A stretch of DNA of 64,000 nucleotides from Bacteroidota bacterium (GCA_008933835.1 WBUG01000004.1:27005-91004); one strand, 5' to 3'; positions 52,601-60,924 are shown, counted from the stretch's first letter. Numbers and translations are program-made. Notes: generated by a model from the letters alone, not told the origin.

Positions 52601-54502
52601 GAAGGATTCTCCCTGCCGATGCTCGAGGCGATGGCGTGCGGCACGCCGGTCATCACCACGCGCAACATGGGGGCGGAGAGCTTCTGCGAGCACGGGAAGA
52701 ACGCGTTCGTCGTTCCGTACGGCGACGTCTCCGGACTCGCCACCGCGATGCTCGCCGTGCTCAGCGGCGCTGAAGACCTCGCCCCGATGCTGCGCGAGGC
52801 GCAGAAGACCGCCGATGAGTATTCCACGGAGCGTTCGGTCCGCGCATTCGTGAACGAGACGGAACGGTTCCTCGGCGTCTCGTTCTCGCGGAGCCGGGTC
52901 GAACCGCTTGTCCGGCGTGCGGCGCATGCCGCTCCGTCGTCCGCGCGCGACCGCTCCGACCGTCCGAAGTTCACCGTGCTCGTGCCGACCTACAATCAGG
53001 CGGGGTACATCCCCGATACGCTCGACAGCCTGCGCCGTCAGACGGTGGAGGACTGGGAGGCGGTGGTGGTGAACGACGGCTCCACGGACAACACCCGCCG
53101 CGTCATCGAGCGGTACGCCCTGGCGGACGACCGCATCCGGACCTTCCATAAATCGAACGGCGGCGTCGCGTCCGCGCTCAACGAGGCGCTCCGTCAGGCA
53201 CGCGGCGAATGGATCCTCTGGCTCTCGTCCGACGACCTCTTTGAGGCGGACAAGCTGAAGGTCCACGAACGCCATTTCGCCGCCCACCCGGAGGCGCGAT
53301 TCTTCTACACCAACTACAGTCTGCTCTACCAGCAGACGCAGCAGAAGGTCCCCGGGTATCCCGGCATCGCCGCGGACGAGGACCGGGTGCTGAGCTTCTT
53401 CTACACCAACTACATCAACGGCATCAGCATCTGCATCCACCGCTCGGTCTTCTCGTCGGTCGGCTTCTTCAACGAGATCCTCCGCGATGGTCAGGACTAC
53501 GATATGTGGCTGCGCATCGCCCGTCAGTTTCCGTTGCAGTACATCGACGCCCGGACCTGCACGTACCGTGTCCACCCGGAGCAGGGCGCCAGCAAGTTCC
53601 CCGAGGCGGGCATCTACGATTCGGCGCTGTCGTGCGCGCAGTTCCTCAACACCCATCCGTACGCCGCCATCTTTCCGAAGCTCGATCCGGCGGACCCGGT
53701 CTCGGTGGACACGGCGGTGAAGAAGACCTTCTCCATCGTGATGGACCAGAACTCCTTCATCAACAAGCTCGGGTTCGGCCCGCTCCTCATCGACCGGCTG
53801 CACGAATGGGTCTCCGCCGGTTCGCCCCCCGGATACCGCACCGAACTGAACGCCAAGATCCGGCAGTACATCGTGGCCGTCCTGGGACAGGAACAGTCCG
53901 AGCCGGTGCGGGAGATGTTCGCGACGCTCTACAACGCCGGAACGGACGATTTCCGCTACCGTCCCCGCGACGTCTTCGCGCATGCGCACCGCTTCATCCT
54001 CGAACGGAAGCGGACCGTTGCGCCGGCCGAGGCGGAGAAGTACGACCGGTACATGAAACGGTTCGATGCCATCGTCGCGCTCCGGACCGAGGGACGGAAG
54101 CATGTGGCGCTGGCGGTACAGGCGATGGAGCGCCGGTCGTACGACGAAGCGCTCCGGCACATCGCCGCGGCGGAAGGGGCTGACCTGCACGACGTGCAGG
54201 AAGAACTGAGCGTGATGAAGGGGTGTGCACACCTCGGTCTGCAGGACCTCCCGAAGGCGCGGGAGGCGTTCGAAGAGACCCTTGCACGGAATCCCGAATC
54301 GTCCGAAGCGTGTGCCGGCCTCGGCGAGGTCTTCTTCCTGGCCGGCATGGACCGGGAGTCCAAGACGATGTTCGAATGGGCGGTCCGGTACGATGCGTCG
54401 AACCAGAGTGCGATGAACGGACTGTGCCGCGCCAATACGGAGCTCGGACTCCCCGAGGACGACAATGCTCTCCGGACGGTATCGGAGGAGGTGCCCGCAT
54501 GA
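49616..54502 (+). CDS. Giant fusion protein: class-I SAM methyltransferase + unknown ~500-aa region + GT4 + GT2 + C-terminal TPR
   Basis: MTase motif I VADIGCGIRPQ and post-motif II ALDVIEHIEKEEGKRLL; GT4 signature EGFSLPMLEAMACGTPVITT; GT2 signature FTVLVPTYNQAGYIPDTLDSLRRQT...NDGSTDNT...SSDD; TPR-like C-terminus. Confidence 0.7.
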   Translation: MFFRRSAERPDTFFVSRELFLDAARLFIRPAATVADIGCGIRPQRYIVPQTHYCVDAHRQYLEHYRQRGAGFAGTDYVFINALWGDALNDPRLADVETIFALDVIEHIEKEEGKRLLERTVAAAKEQVVIFTPLGFVPQHHEDGKDAWGLDGGKWQEHLSGWLPEEFAGDWTFLVCEDFHTHDNMQHRHEKPVGAFFAFLNKRVPPPAPSPDLCFRFTGLGDIAADAETLISLANQRSGGWEAVVSDGVPGDELRHLVEALSTRSSSFQHRNDGQYRTTAPTVIRLAAGDRLLPDAVDTVRASLTDTAGESVVIFTDRTPEPGGSLKRSVQQTRTVPAGFAAPAMMYEDLTRRGFTAMPRSVAERVESRPLQFLQTVKAEALFRAMPVPARIVEQAVLQPAAIDADAARYVRIMEYTWLLHRWMRNVSFSEAYRAADIDSPDGSQSFIQYFFDGATDEGSPVHNALIWDDYIAWLTAGLASLNRGTKKRILQHGRKVFSSLRNLRPMFERYHAFFSRPDFAVPAAARAVPVPVPADRKEDAEYTALLHRHIERRLKESDHDGAQLAVEFLVRATGTLDSAVLNRFAESAMVNGNLRSLRAVVERLGAFAQLSDAGKAASLAAGDAPPESGIASIGDPVIRENLRRHLAGAAMPFVTDDISAWTCDADVHRNVMVHSVKASCRECGTPLQRTVTLPIGGAPGNAPVLCHSCAAPYTLTDRLFREWVERRNAALPAAPPVRASGPRVALVMRYSSVISGGVNMIFQYAEWLRELGCTVTVHSNEPNSPLRKFTGTFSMVKNAGEVPAGKYDAVFCMCAADVPVMLQKYPKERVALICQGYEGYHYGHTYEELRADKYIFDEIHALPAAKFAVSRHLTHLFAEKFGQQAYYIPNGTDRSVFRPDLSIRRTSPSVLFVGNPYQQLKGADMLLSALSSLQASRYAMPGLTLHIAIGGGAEKMDHRIQTDRFAVQYHVGLGRKEMAALMNSVDLVVNTSWYEGFSLPMLEAMACGTPVITTRNMGAESFCEHGKNAFVVPYGDVSGLATAMLAVLSGAEDLAPMLREAQKTADEYSTERSVRAFVNETERFLGVSFSRSRVEPLVRRAAHAAPSSARDRSDRPKFTVLVPTYNQAGYIPDTLDSLRRQTVEDWEAVVVNDGSTDNTRRVIERYALADDRIRTFHKSNGGVASALNEALRQARGEWILWLSSDDLFEADKLKVHERHFAAHPEARFFYTNYSLLYQQTQQKVPGYPGIAADEDRVLSFFYTNYINGISICIHRSVFSSVGFFNEILRDGQDYDMWLRIARQFPLQYIDARTCTYRVHPEQGASKFPEAGIYDSALSCAQFLNTHPYAAIFPKLDPADPVSVDTAVKKTFSIVMDQNSFINKLGFGPLLIDRLHEWVSAGSPPGYRTELNAKIRQYIVAVLGQEQSEPVREMFATLYNAGTDDFRYRPRDVFAHAHRFILERKRTVAPAEAEKYDRYMKRFDAIVALRTEGRKHVALAVQAMERRSYDEALRHIAAAEGADLHDVQEELSVMKGCAHLGLQDLPKAREAFEETLARNPESSEACAGLGEVFFLAGMDRESKTMFEWAVRYDASNQSAMNGLCRANTELGLPEDDNALRTVSEEVPA

Positions 54503-55752
54503 ACCCGTCCGCCTCCCGCCGGCGCCCGACCATCGCGCTGTGCATGATCGTGAAGAACGAGGAGCGCTACCTCCGCGGCTGCCTCGAATCCGCCCGGCCG
54601 TATGTGGACGAGATCGTCGTCGTGGACACCGGTTCCACCGACGCGACCGTCTCCATCGCCGAAGAGTTCGGCGCCGTCGTCCGGCATTTCGCCTGGAACG
54701 GGAATTTTTCCGACGCCCGCAACGAATCGCTCCGCAGCGCCTCGTCCGACTGGGTGCTGTACCTGGACGCCGACGAACGCCTTCTCACCGGCGATGCGCT
54801 CCGCGCCATCGATCCGCCGAAGAACGCCGGCGCGTACAACGTCTCCATCCGGAGCCGGCACATCCTCCCGAGCGGCGTGGTGGACCAGGTGAACCAGTAC
54901 CAGCGTTTCTTCCGGCGTTCACCCTCCGTCCGGTTCGAAGGGATGGTGCACGAACAGGTGATGCCGTCGGTGCTCCGGAGCGGGAAGAATATCCTTCCCA
55001 GCGCCGTCGTCATCGAACATCTCGGGTACGGTGAGAGTCTCGAGAAGATCATGCAGAAGTGCGACCGCAATGCGGAGCTGCTCCGCCGCCAGCTGGCGGC
55101 CAATCCGGACGACCACTACGCACGGTATCAGCTCGGCAATACGCTCGGCGTGATGCAACGCTACGACGAAGCGGAGCCCCACCTGCTGGCGGCGGTGGAG
55201 AAGGACCGGAACGCGAGCATCCGGGCATCGGCATGCAACATCCTCGTCGAGGTGGCGATGCACCGTCAGGATCTGGCGGCCGCCGAATCGTGGTGCCGTC
55301 GTTCCATCACGCTCGTGCCGGACCAGGTGATGGCGTACTGGTTCCTCTCCGGCATCCTCGCGTTCCGACACCGTTACGCGGAAGGGATCGATCTCCTCTC
55401 GACGATCAGGAAACAGGCAGGGAAAGAGACCGGTCTGGCGCACGACATGGCGCTGTCCGAACCGGAGTTGCAGCAGCGCGCCGCCCTTTGCTTTGAGGGA
55501 CTGGCGAACGACGCGATGACCTCCAAGGATATGGCCGGCGTGCAGGCGGCGGTGGGGGCGGCGGAAGCGTACGGCGTCCGGACGGTGAAGCTACAGACCG
55601 CCGGAGCACAGTCGGCCATGGCGCTGAACGACCTCCGCGTGGCGGCGGGGCGCATCGACTATGTCATCCGCCACCTGCCGGAAGACGCTGTCGTTCAAAA
55701 GGAGCGGTTCCTCGCTGTGAAGAAACGTATCGAAGCGTTGGAGCCCGTGTAG
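54499..55752 (+). CDS. GT2 glycosyltransferase with C-terminal TPR repeats
   Basis: IALCMIVKNEERYL...VVDTGSTD...FAWNGNFSDARNE...YLDADE (GT2, SunS/flagellin-GT-like); TPR C-terminus; ATGA overlap with the upstream gene. Confidence 0.7.
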   Translation: MNPSASRRRPTIALCMIVKNEERYLRGCLESARPYVDEIVVVDTGSTDATVSIAEEFGAVVRHFAWNGNFSDARNESLRSASSDWVLYLDADERLLTGDALRAIDPPKNAGAYNVSIRSRHILPSGVVDQVNQYQRFFRRSPSVRFEGMVHEQVMPSVLRSGKNILPSAVVIEHLGYGESLEKIMQKCDRNAELLRRQLAANPDDHYARYQLGNTLGVMQRYDEAEPHLLAAVEKDRNASIRASACNILVEVAMHRQDLAAAESWCRRSITLVPDQVMAYWFLSGILAFRHRYAEGIDLLSTIRKQAGKETGLAHDMALSEPELQQRAALCFEGLANDAMTSKDMAGVQAAVGAAEAYGVRTVKLQTAGAQSAMALNDLRVAAGRIDYVIRHLPEDAVVQKERFLAVKKRIEALEPV

Positions 55753-55833
55753 CACAATATTGTGCAGGTGTCCGGCATTTCGCACTTCCGTCCGCCAACC
55801 CCCCTGTTCCGCGGGAAGTAGAGGGACATGATT

Positions 55834-55849
55834 TGGCACGGTAATTGTC
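55834..55849 (+). promoter_or_regulatory. Sigma-54-like -24/-12 element (TGGCACG-N4-TTGT) upstream of flagellin copy 1
   Basis: TTGGCACGgtaaTTGTC has the GG-N10-G(T) spacing of RpoN promoters with one mismatch in -12 GC; no sigma-28 motif in this leader. Confidence 0.3.
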
Positions 55850-55943
55850 GGATAAGGACCTATAGTCGATTCACACCGTTCAGGGAAGAACGGTCCGTTC
55901 GTTGCGGCATGGATGCCATCACCGATCATTCTGTGAGGTCTAT

Positions 55944-56765
55944 ATGGCATTCTCGACCGGCGGTCGCATCAACACCAACATCGGTGCGGACCAGGCCTAC
56001 GCCGCCCTGAACGATATCACGCGCGATCTCGGAGTCCATCAGCTCCGGCTCGCGACCGGCAAGCGCATCAATTCCGCCTCCGACGACGCTTCGGGCTACG
56101 TCATTTCGAAGAAGATGGAGGGGCGCATCCGCGCGATGACCGCGGCGCTGGACAACGTCGGCGACGCGCAGAGCGTGTACGGCGTGGCCGAAGGGGCGCT
56201 GCAGACCATCGCCGACATCCTGACGACGATCCAGGAGAAGCAGACCCGCGCCGCGAACGGCGCGATGGGGACCGAAGAGAAATCGGCCATCGTGTCCGAG
56301 ATCAACTCGCTCCTCTCCGAGATCGACGACATCACCGGTCAGACGAAGTTCAACGGCACGACGCTCCTCTCCGGCGGATACGCACAGGGGTTCCAGGTGG
56401 GAGAGAGCGCGTCGAGCATCCTCACCGTCTCCTTCAATTCGGTCGACACCGCGGCCCTGCTGGGCGTGGCGGCCGGCTCCGTCACCACCTCCAACATCGG
56501 TTCCCTCACCGTCGAACAGGCCCTCTCTTCGATCAACACCGAGATCGGCAAGATCGGGGCGTACGTCAACCGGCTGCAGACCAAGGAATCGAACATCACC
56601 ACCGCCATCACGAACACCGAGGCGGCGAAGAGCCGCATCATGGACGCGGATGTCGCCAAGGAACAGATCTTCGCATCGAAGCTGCAGATCCTGCAGCAGA
56701 CGGCCACGGCCCAGCTGGCCCAGGCCAATGCGTCGCCGCAATCATTCTTATCTCTCTTCAAGTGA
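55944..56765 (+). CDS. fliC: Flagellin (copy 1 of 5)
   Basis: Conserved flagellin N-terminus (RINTNIGA...LRLATGKRINSASDDASGY) and C-terminus (DADVAKEQ...ILQQT..AQLAQAN.SPQ..LSLF); 273 aa. Confidence 0.9.
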   Translation: MAFSTGGRINTNIGADQAYAALNDITRDLGVHQLRLATGKRINSASDDASGYVISKKMEGRIRAMTAALDNVGDAQSVYGVAEGALQTIADILTTIQEKQTRAANGAMGTEEKSAIVSEINSLLSEIDDITGQTKFNGTTLLSGGYAQGFQVGESASSILTVSFNSVDTAALLGVAAGSVTTSNIGSLTVEQALSSINTEIGKIGAYVNRLQTKESNITTAITNTEAAKSRIMDADVAKEQIFASKLQILQQTATAQLAQANASPQSFLSLFK

Positions 56766-56781
56766 CACATCCCCCATACGG

Positions 56782-56811
56782 CACCGGAACGGCCTGAACG
56801 GCGTTCCGGTG
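56782..56811. terminator. Perfect 10-bp-arm hairpin after flagellin 1
   Basis: CACCGGAACG-N10-CGTTCCGGTG. Confidence 0.5.
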
Positions 56812-56858
56812 CCTCCTTCCTTCCGCTCCGTGCGAGCGGTGTTCCGTCATTTTTCCCC

Positions 56859-56885
56859 TCAAGAACCGCCGTGAGGTGCCGATAA
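56859..56885 (+). promoter_or_regulatory. Sigma-28 (FliA) promoter for flagellin 2
   Basis: TCAAGAAC-N11-GCCGATAA; -10 matches the GCCGATAA consensus perfectly. Confidence 0.6.
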
Positions 56886-56969
56886 CCTTTATGGCAGGCC
56901 GAACGCAGGCCTGTCCCACACATCTCGGGCAAGGACGCCCGACCCACTTATAATTACACGGAGGTAATT

Positions 56970-57803
56970 ATGGCATTCTCAACAGGCGGCAGGATCAACA
57001 CCAACATCGGCGCGAACCAGGCGTACAGCGCGCTGAACACCATCAGCCGCGAGCTCGGCGTGCACCAGCTGCGTCTGGCCACCGGCAAGCGCATCAATTC
57101 CGCGGCGGACGACGCCTCCGGATACGTGATCTCCAAGAAGATGGAAGGACGCATGCGCTCGATGAGCGCCGCTCTGGACAACGTCGGCGACGCGCAGAGC
57201 GTGTACGGCGTGGCCGAAGGGGCGTATCAGACGGTCGCGGACATCCTGACCACCATCAAGGAGAAGCAGACCCGGGCGGCCAACGGCGCCATGGGAGGGG
57301 ACGAGAAGGACGCCATCGCGGCCGAGATCAACTCCCTCATGAACGAGATCACCGACATCGCCAACCAGACGAAGTTCAACGGCACCACGCTGCTCACCGG
57401 CGCCTCGAACTACTCCACCTCGTTCCAGGTCGGCGAAGCGTCGACGGACACGCTGACCGTGTCGTTCGCGAAGATCACCACCGCGTCCGGCGGACTGCTG
57501 TCGGTCGCCGCCGGTTCCGTGACCTCGGTGAACATCAGCGATCTGAGCGTCGATACGGCGTTGACCACCATCAACACCGAGATCGGGAAGATCGGTGCGC
57601 ACGTGAACCGGCTCCAGACCAAGGAGGCGAACATCACGACCGCCATCACCAACACCGAAGCCGCCAAGAGCCGCATCATGGACGCCGACGTCGCCAAGGA
57701 ACAGATCCTGGCGTCGAAGCTCTCCATCCTGCAGCAGACGTCCACGGCGCAGCTGGCCCAGGCCAACTCCTCGCCGCAGGCGTTCCTCTCGTTGTTTCGT
57801 TAA
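56970..57803 (+). CDS. fliC: Flagellin (copy 2 of 5)
   Basis: As copy 1; GGAGG RBS; 277 aa. Confidence 0.9.
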   Translation: MAFSTGGRINTNIGANQAYSALNTISRELGVHQLRLATGKRINSAADDASGYVISKKMEGRMRSMSAALDNVGDAQSVYGVAEGAYQTVADILTTIKEKQTRAANGAMGGDEKDAIAAEINSLMNEITDIANQTKFNGTTLLTGASNYSTSFQVGEASTDTLTVSFAKITTASGGLLSVAAGSVTSVNISDLSVDTALTTINTEIGKIGAHVNRLQTKEANITTAITNTEAAKSRIMDADVAKEQILASKLSILQQTSTAQLAQANSSPQAFLSLFR

Positions 57804-57825
57804 CGGAGTGATCGAGTGAGCGGAC

Positions 57826-57847
57826 GGGATGCCCGTACGGGCATCCC
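57826..57847. terminator. Perfect palindrome GGGATGCCCGTACGGGCATCCC after flagellin 2
   Basis: 9-bp arms with a GTAC loop followed by a C-run; terminator-like. Confidence 0.45.
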
Positions 57848-57963
57848 CCCGCCGCTGTGATCGCTCCCGGACCGGACGCGGGACCGCGGCATCATGACAC
57901 AGTTCTCATCCACACCAGGACGGGCAAGGACGCCCGTTCTCCCATCCACACAAGGAGGTAGTT

Positions 57964-58788
57964 ATGGCATTCTCAACAGGCGGTAGGATCAACACCAACA
58001 TCGGCGCGAACCAGGCGTACAGCGCGCTGAACACCATCAGCCGCGAGCTCGGCGTGCACCAGCTGCGTCTGGCCACCGGCAAACGCATCAATTCCGCGGC
58101 GGACGACGCCTCCGGATACGTGATCTCCAAGAAGATGGAAGGACGCATGCGCTCGATGAGCGCCGCTCTGGACAACGTCGGTGACGCGCAGAGCGTCTAC
58201 GGCGTGGCCGAAGGGGCGTATCAGACGGTCGCGGACATCCTGACCACCGTCAAGGAGAAGCAGACCCGGGCGGCCAACGGCGCCATGGGCAGCGAGGAGA
58301 AGGACGCCATCGCGGCCGAGATCAACTCGCTGATGAGCGAGATCGACGACATCTCCAACCAGACGAAGTTCAACGGCACGACGCTGCTCTCCGGCACGGC
58401 GTACTCGAAGAGCTTCCAGGTCGGTGAAGGCTCGTCCGACACGCTCACGGTGGCGTTCTCGCTCGTCAGCGCCGGCGGACTGCTCGGCGTGGCGGCCGGT
58501 TCGGTCACCTCGGCCAACATCGCCAGCCTCACCGTCGATGCGGGTCTCACCACGGTGAACACCGAGATCGGAAAGATCGGTGCGCACGTGAACCGGCTCC
58601 AGACCAAGGAGTCGAACATCACGACGGCCATCACCAACACCGAGGCCGCGAAGAGCCGCATCATGGACGCCGACGTCGCCAAGGAACAGATCATGGCATC
58701 GAAGCTCTCCATCCTGCAGCAGACGTCCACGGCGCAGCTGGCCCAGGCCAACTCCTCGCCGCAGGCGTTCCTGTCGCTCTTCCGCTGA
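57964..58788 (+). CDS. fliC: Flagellin (copy 3 of 5)
   Basis: As above; 274 aa; no obvious sigma-28 motif upstream. Confidence 0.9.
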   Translation: MAFSTGGRINTNIGANQAYSALNTISRELGVHQLRLATGKRINSAADDASGYVISKKMEGRMRSMSAALDNVGDAQSVYGVAEGAYQTVADILTTVKEKQTRAANGAMGSEEKDAIAAEINSLMSEIDDISNQTKFNGTTLLSGTAYSKSFQVGEGSSDTLTVAFSLVSAGGLLGVAAGSVTSANIASLTVDAGLTTVNTEIGKIGAHVNRLQTKESNITTAITNTEAAKSRIMDADVAKEQIMASKLSILQQTSTAQLAQANSSPQAFLSLFR

Positions 58789-58892
58789 TAACAGCATGAC
58801 GCCCGGGCGGCGGTCCTGACCGGACCCCGCCCGGCGGATTCTGAACCCCGCCCCGAGGGCCGACCCCCGAGGGGAGGGGTGTTTTTTGTCCT

Positions 58893-58918
58893 CAAGATTC
58901 CTCCGGAAATGCCGATAC
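58893..58918 (+). promoter_or_regulatory. Sigma-28 (FliA) promoter for flagellin 4
   Basis: TCAAGATT-N11-GCCGATAC. Confidence 0.6.
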
Positions 58919-58982
58919 ATAATATGTAAAACTCACGGGCACGGATGCCCAGAGCATTCACATATCATACACGGAGGTAGTT

Positions 58983-59807
58983 ATGGCTTTCTCAACAGGC
59001 GGTAGGATCAACACGAACATTGGCGCCAACCAGGCGTACAGTGCTCTCAACTCGGTCAGTCGCGAACTCGGAGTGTACCAGCTCCGGCTGGCGACCGGCA
59101 AGCGCATCAACCAGGCGTCGGATGATGCGTCCGGGTACGTGATCTCCAAGAAGATGGAAGGGCGCATCCGCTCCATGTCGGCGGCCCTGGACAACGTCGG
59201 CGACGCGCAGAGCGTCTACGGCGTGGCCGAAGGGGCCTATCAGACGGTCGCGGACATCCTGACCACCATCAAGGAGAAACAGACCCGGGCGGCGAACGGC
59301 GCCATGGGAAGCGAGGAGAAGGACGCCATCGCGGCGGAGATCAACTCGCTGATGGGCGAGATCGGGGACATCGCCAACCAGACGAAGTTCAACGGTACGA
59401 CGCTGCTGTCGGGCACGGCGTACTCGCAGACCTTCCAGGTCGGCGAAGGAACGACCGACACCCTCACGGTGGCATTCTCGCTGGTCAGCGCCGGCGGACT
59501 GCTCGGCGTGGCGGCCGGTTCGGTCACCTCGGCCAACATCGCCAGTCTCACCGTCGATGCGGGTCTGACCACGATCAATACCGAGATCGGGAAGATCGGT
59601 GCGCACGTGAACCGGCTCCAGACCAAGGAGGCGAACATCACGACCGCCATCACCAACACCGAAGCGGCCAAAAGCCGGATCCTGGATGCGGATGTCGCCA
59701 AGGAGCAGATCCAAACGTCCAAGCTGTCCATCCTGCAGCAGACGTCGACCGCTCAATTGGCACAGGCCAACTCGTCACCCCAATCGTTCTTGTCGCTGTT
59801 CCGGTAA
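58983..59807 (+). CDS. fliC: Flagellin (copy 4 of 5)
   Basis: As above; 274 aa; nearly identical to copy 3. Confidence 0.9.
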   Translation: MAFSTGGRINTNIGANQAYSALNSVSRELGVYQLRLATGKRINQASDDASGYVISKKMEGRIRSMSAALDNVGDAQSVYGVAEGAYQTVADILTTIKEKQTRAANGAMGSEEKDAIAAEINSLMGEIGDIANQTKFNGTTLLSGTAYSQTFQVGEGTTDTLTVAFSLVSAGGLLGVAAGSVTSANIASLTVDAGLTTINTEIGKIGAHVNRLQTKEANITTAITNTEAAKSRILDADVAKEQIQTSKLSILQQTSTAQLAQANSSPQSFLSLFR

Positions 59808-59925
59808 GAACGGGAGAGACCATCGAAGCGGGGGGTTCCTGACCGGAGCCCGCCGCTTTTTTTATTCCGTCCCCTTTTTTCGTCCGTTTTCGGCACCTCG
59901 GCCAGACGGATGTCCCCCGTCCATC

Positions 59926-59952
59926 CTCAAGATTACCGGTACCGTGCCGATA
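59926..59952 (+). promoter_or_regulatory. Sigma-28 (FliA) promoter for flagellin 5
   Basis: TCAAGATT-N11-GCCGATAT. Confidence 0.6.
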
Positions 59953-60029
59953 TATAGGTAGGAGGATTCCCGCACATCCTCCCGGAACGGATTCCAAGAC
60001 TCATCGTTGTTCACTACAAGGAGGTAACC

Positions 60030-60851
60030 ATGGCATTCTCAACAGGCGGCAGGATCAACACCAACATCGGCGCCAACCAGGCGTACGGTGCACTGAACAC
60101 CATCAGCCGCGAGCTCGGCGTGCACCAGCTGCGGCTGGCCACCGGCAAACGCATCAATTCCGCAGCGGATGACGCTTCGGGATACGTGATCTCCAAGAAG
60201 ATGGAAGGCCGCATTCGGTCCATGAGCGCAGCTCTGGACAACGTCGGCGACGCGCAGAGCGTCTACGGCGTGGCCGAAGGGGCGTATCAGACCATCGCGG
60301 ACATCCTCACCACCATCAAGGAGAAACAGACCCGGGCGGCCAACGGCGCCATGGGAGGGGACGAGAAGGACGCCATCGCGGCGGAGATCAACTCGCTGAT
60401 GAGCGAGATCAACGACATCTCCAACCAGACGAAGTTCAACGGAACGGCACTGCTCTCAGCGAGCTTCTCCACGTCGTTCCAGGTCGGCGACGGCACCTCG
60501 GACACGCTCTCCGTCTCGTTTGCGTCGGTCGGCGCCACCGGACTTCTCGGCGTGGCGGCCGGTTCGGTCACCTCGGCGAACATCTCGAGCCTGACGGTCG
60601 ACACCGGACTCACCACGGTGAACACCGAGATCGGGAAGATCGGCGCCAACGTCAACCGCCTCCAGACCAAGGAAGCGAACCTGACGACCGCCATCACCAA
60701 CACCGAAGCGGCGAAGAGCCGCATCATGGACGCCGACGTCGCGAAGGAACAGATCATGACGTCCAAGCTCTCCATCCTGCAGCAGACGTCGACGGCGCAG
60801 CTGGCCCAGGCCAACTCCTCGCCGCAGGCGTTCCTGTCGCTCTTCCGGTGA
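60030..60851 (+). CDS. fliC: Flagellin (copy 5 of 5)
   Basis: As above; 273 aa. Confidence 0.9.
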   Translation: MAFSTGGRINTNIGANQAYGALNTISRELGVHQLRLATGKRINSAADDASGYVISKKMEGRIRSMSAALDNVGDAQSVYGVAEGAYQTIADILTTIKEKQTRAANGAMGGDEKDAIAAEINSLMSEINDISNQTKFNGTALLSASFSTSFQVGDGTSDTLSVSFASVGATGLLGVAAGSVTSANISSLTVDTGLTTVNTEIGKIGANVNRLQTKEANLTTAITNTEAAKSRIMDADVAKEQIMTSKLSILQQTSTAQLAQANSSPQAFLSLFR

Positions 60852-60924
60852 TCCACAGTTCCATCGGAGGGGGGGCCGTTACCGGGTCCTCCTCCGCTAC
60901 ACAGGGCATGAACAACGATAGCGT

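Noticed and set aside
41263-54232. Long minus-strand ORFs antisense to the SurA-like, GH43, giant GT fusion and other genes (41263..43485, 48581..50383, 50408..52243, 52409..54232)
   Set aside because: Same high-GC antisense artefact: no motifs, overlapping domain-bearing sense genes.
55844-55852. TCGGATAA upstream of flagellin 1 as a possible sigma-28 -10
   Set aside because: An extra base relative to GCCGATAA and no TCAAGA-type -35 at the conserved 11-nt spacing seen in the other three copies; the overlapping TGGCACG-N4-TTGT fits sigma-54 spacing better.
55944-60851. Five ~1-kb near-repeats, considered as a CRISPR-like or mobile repeat array
   Set aside because: The repeats are full-length flagellin coding sequences with their own promoters and terminators; there are no short direct repeats with spacers, no cas genes, no transposase or integrase.
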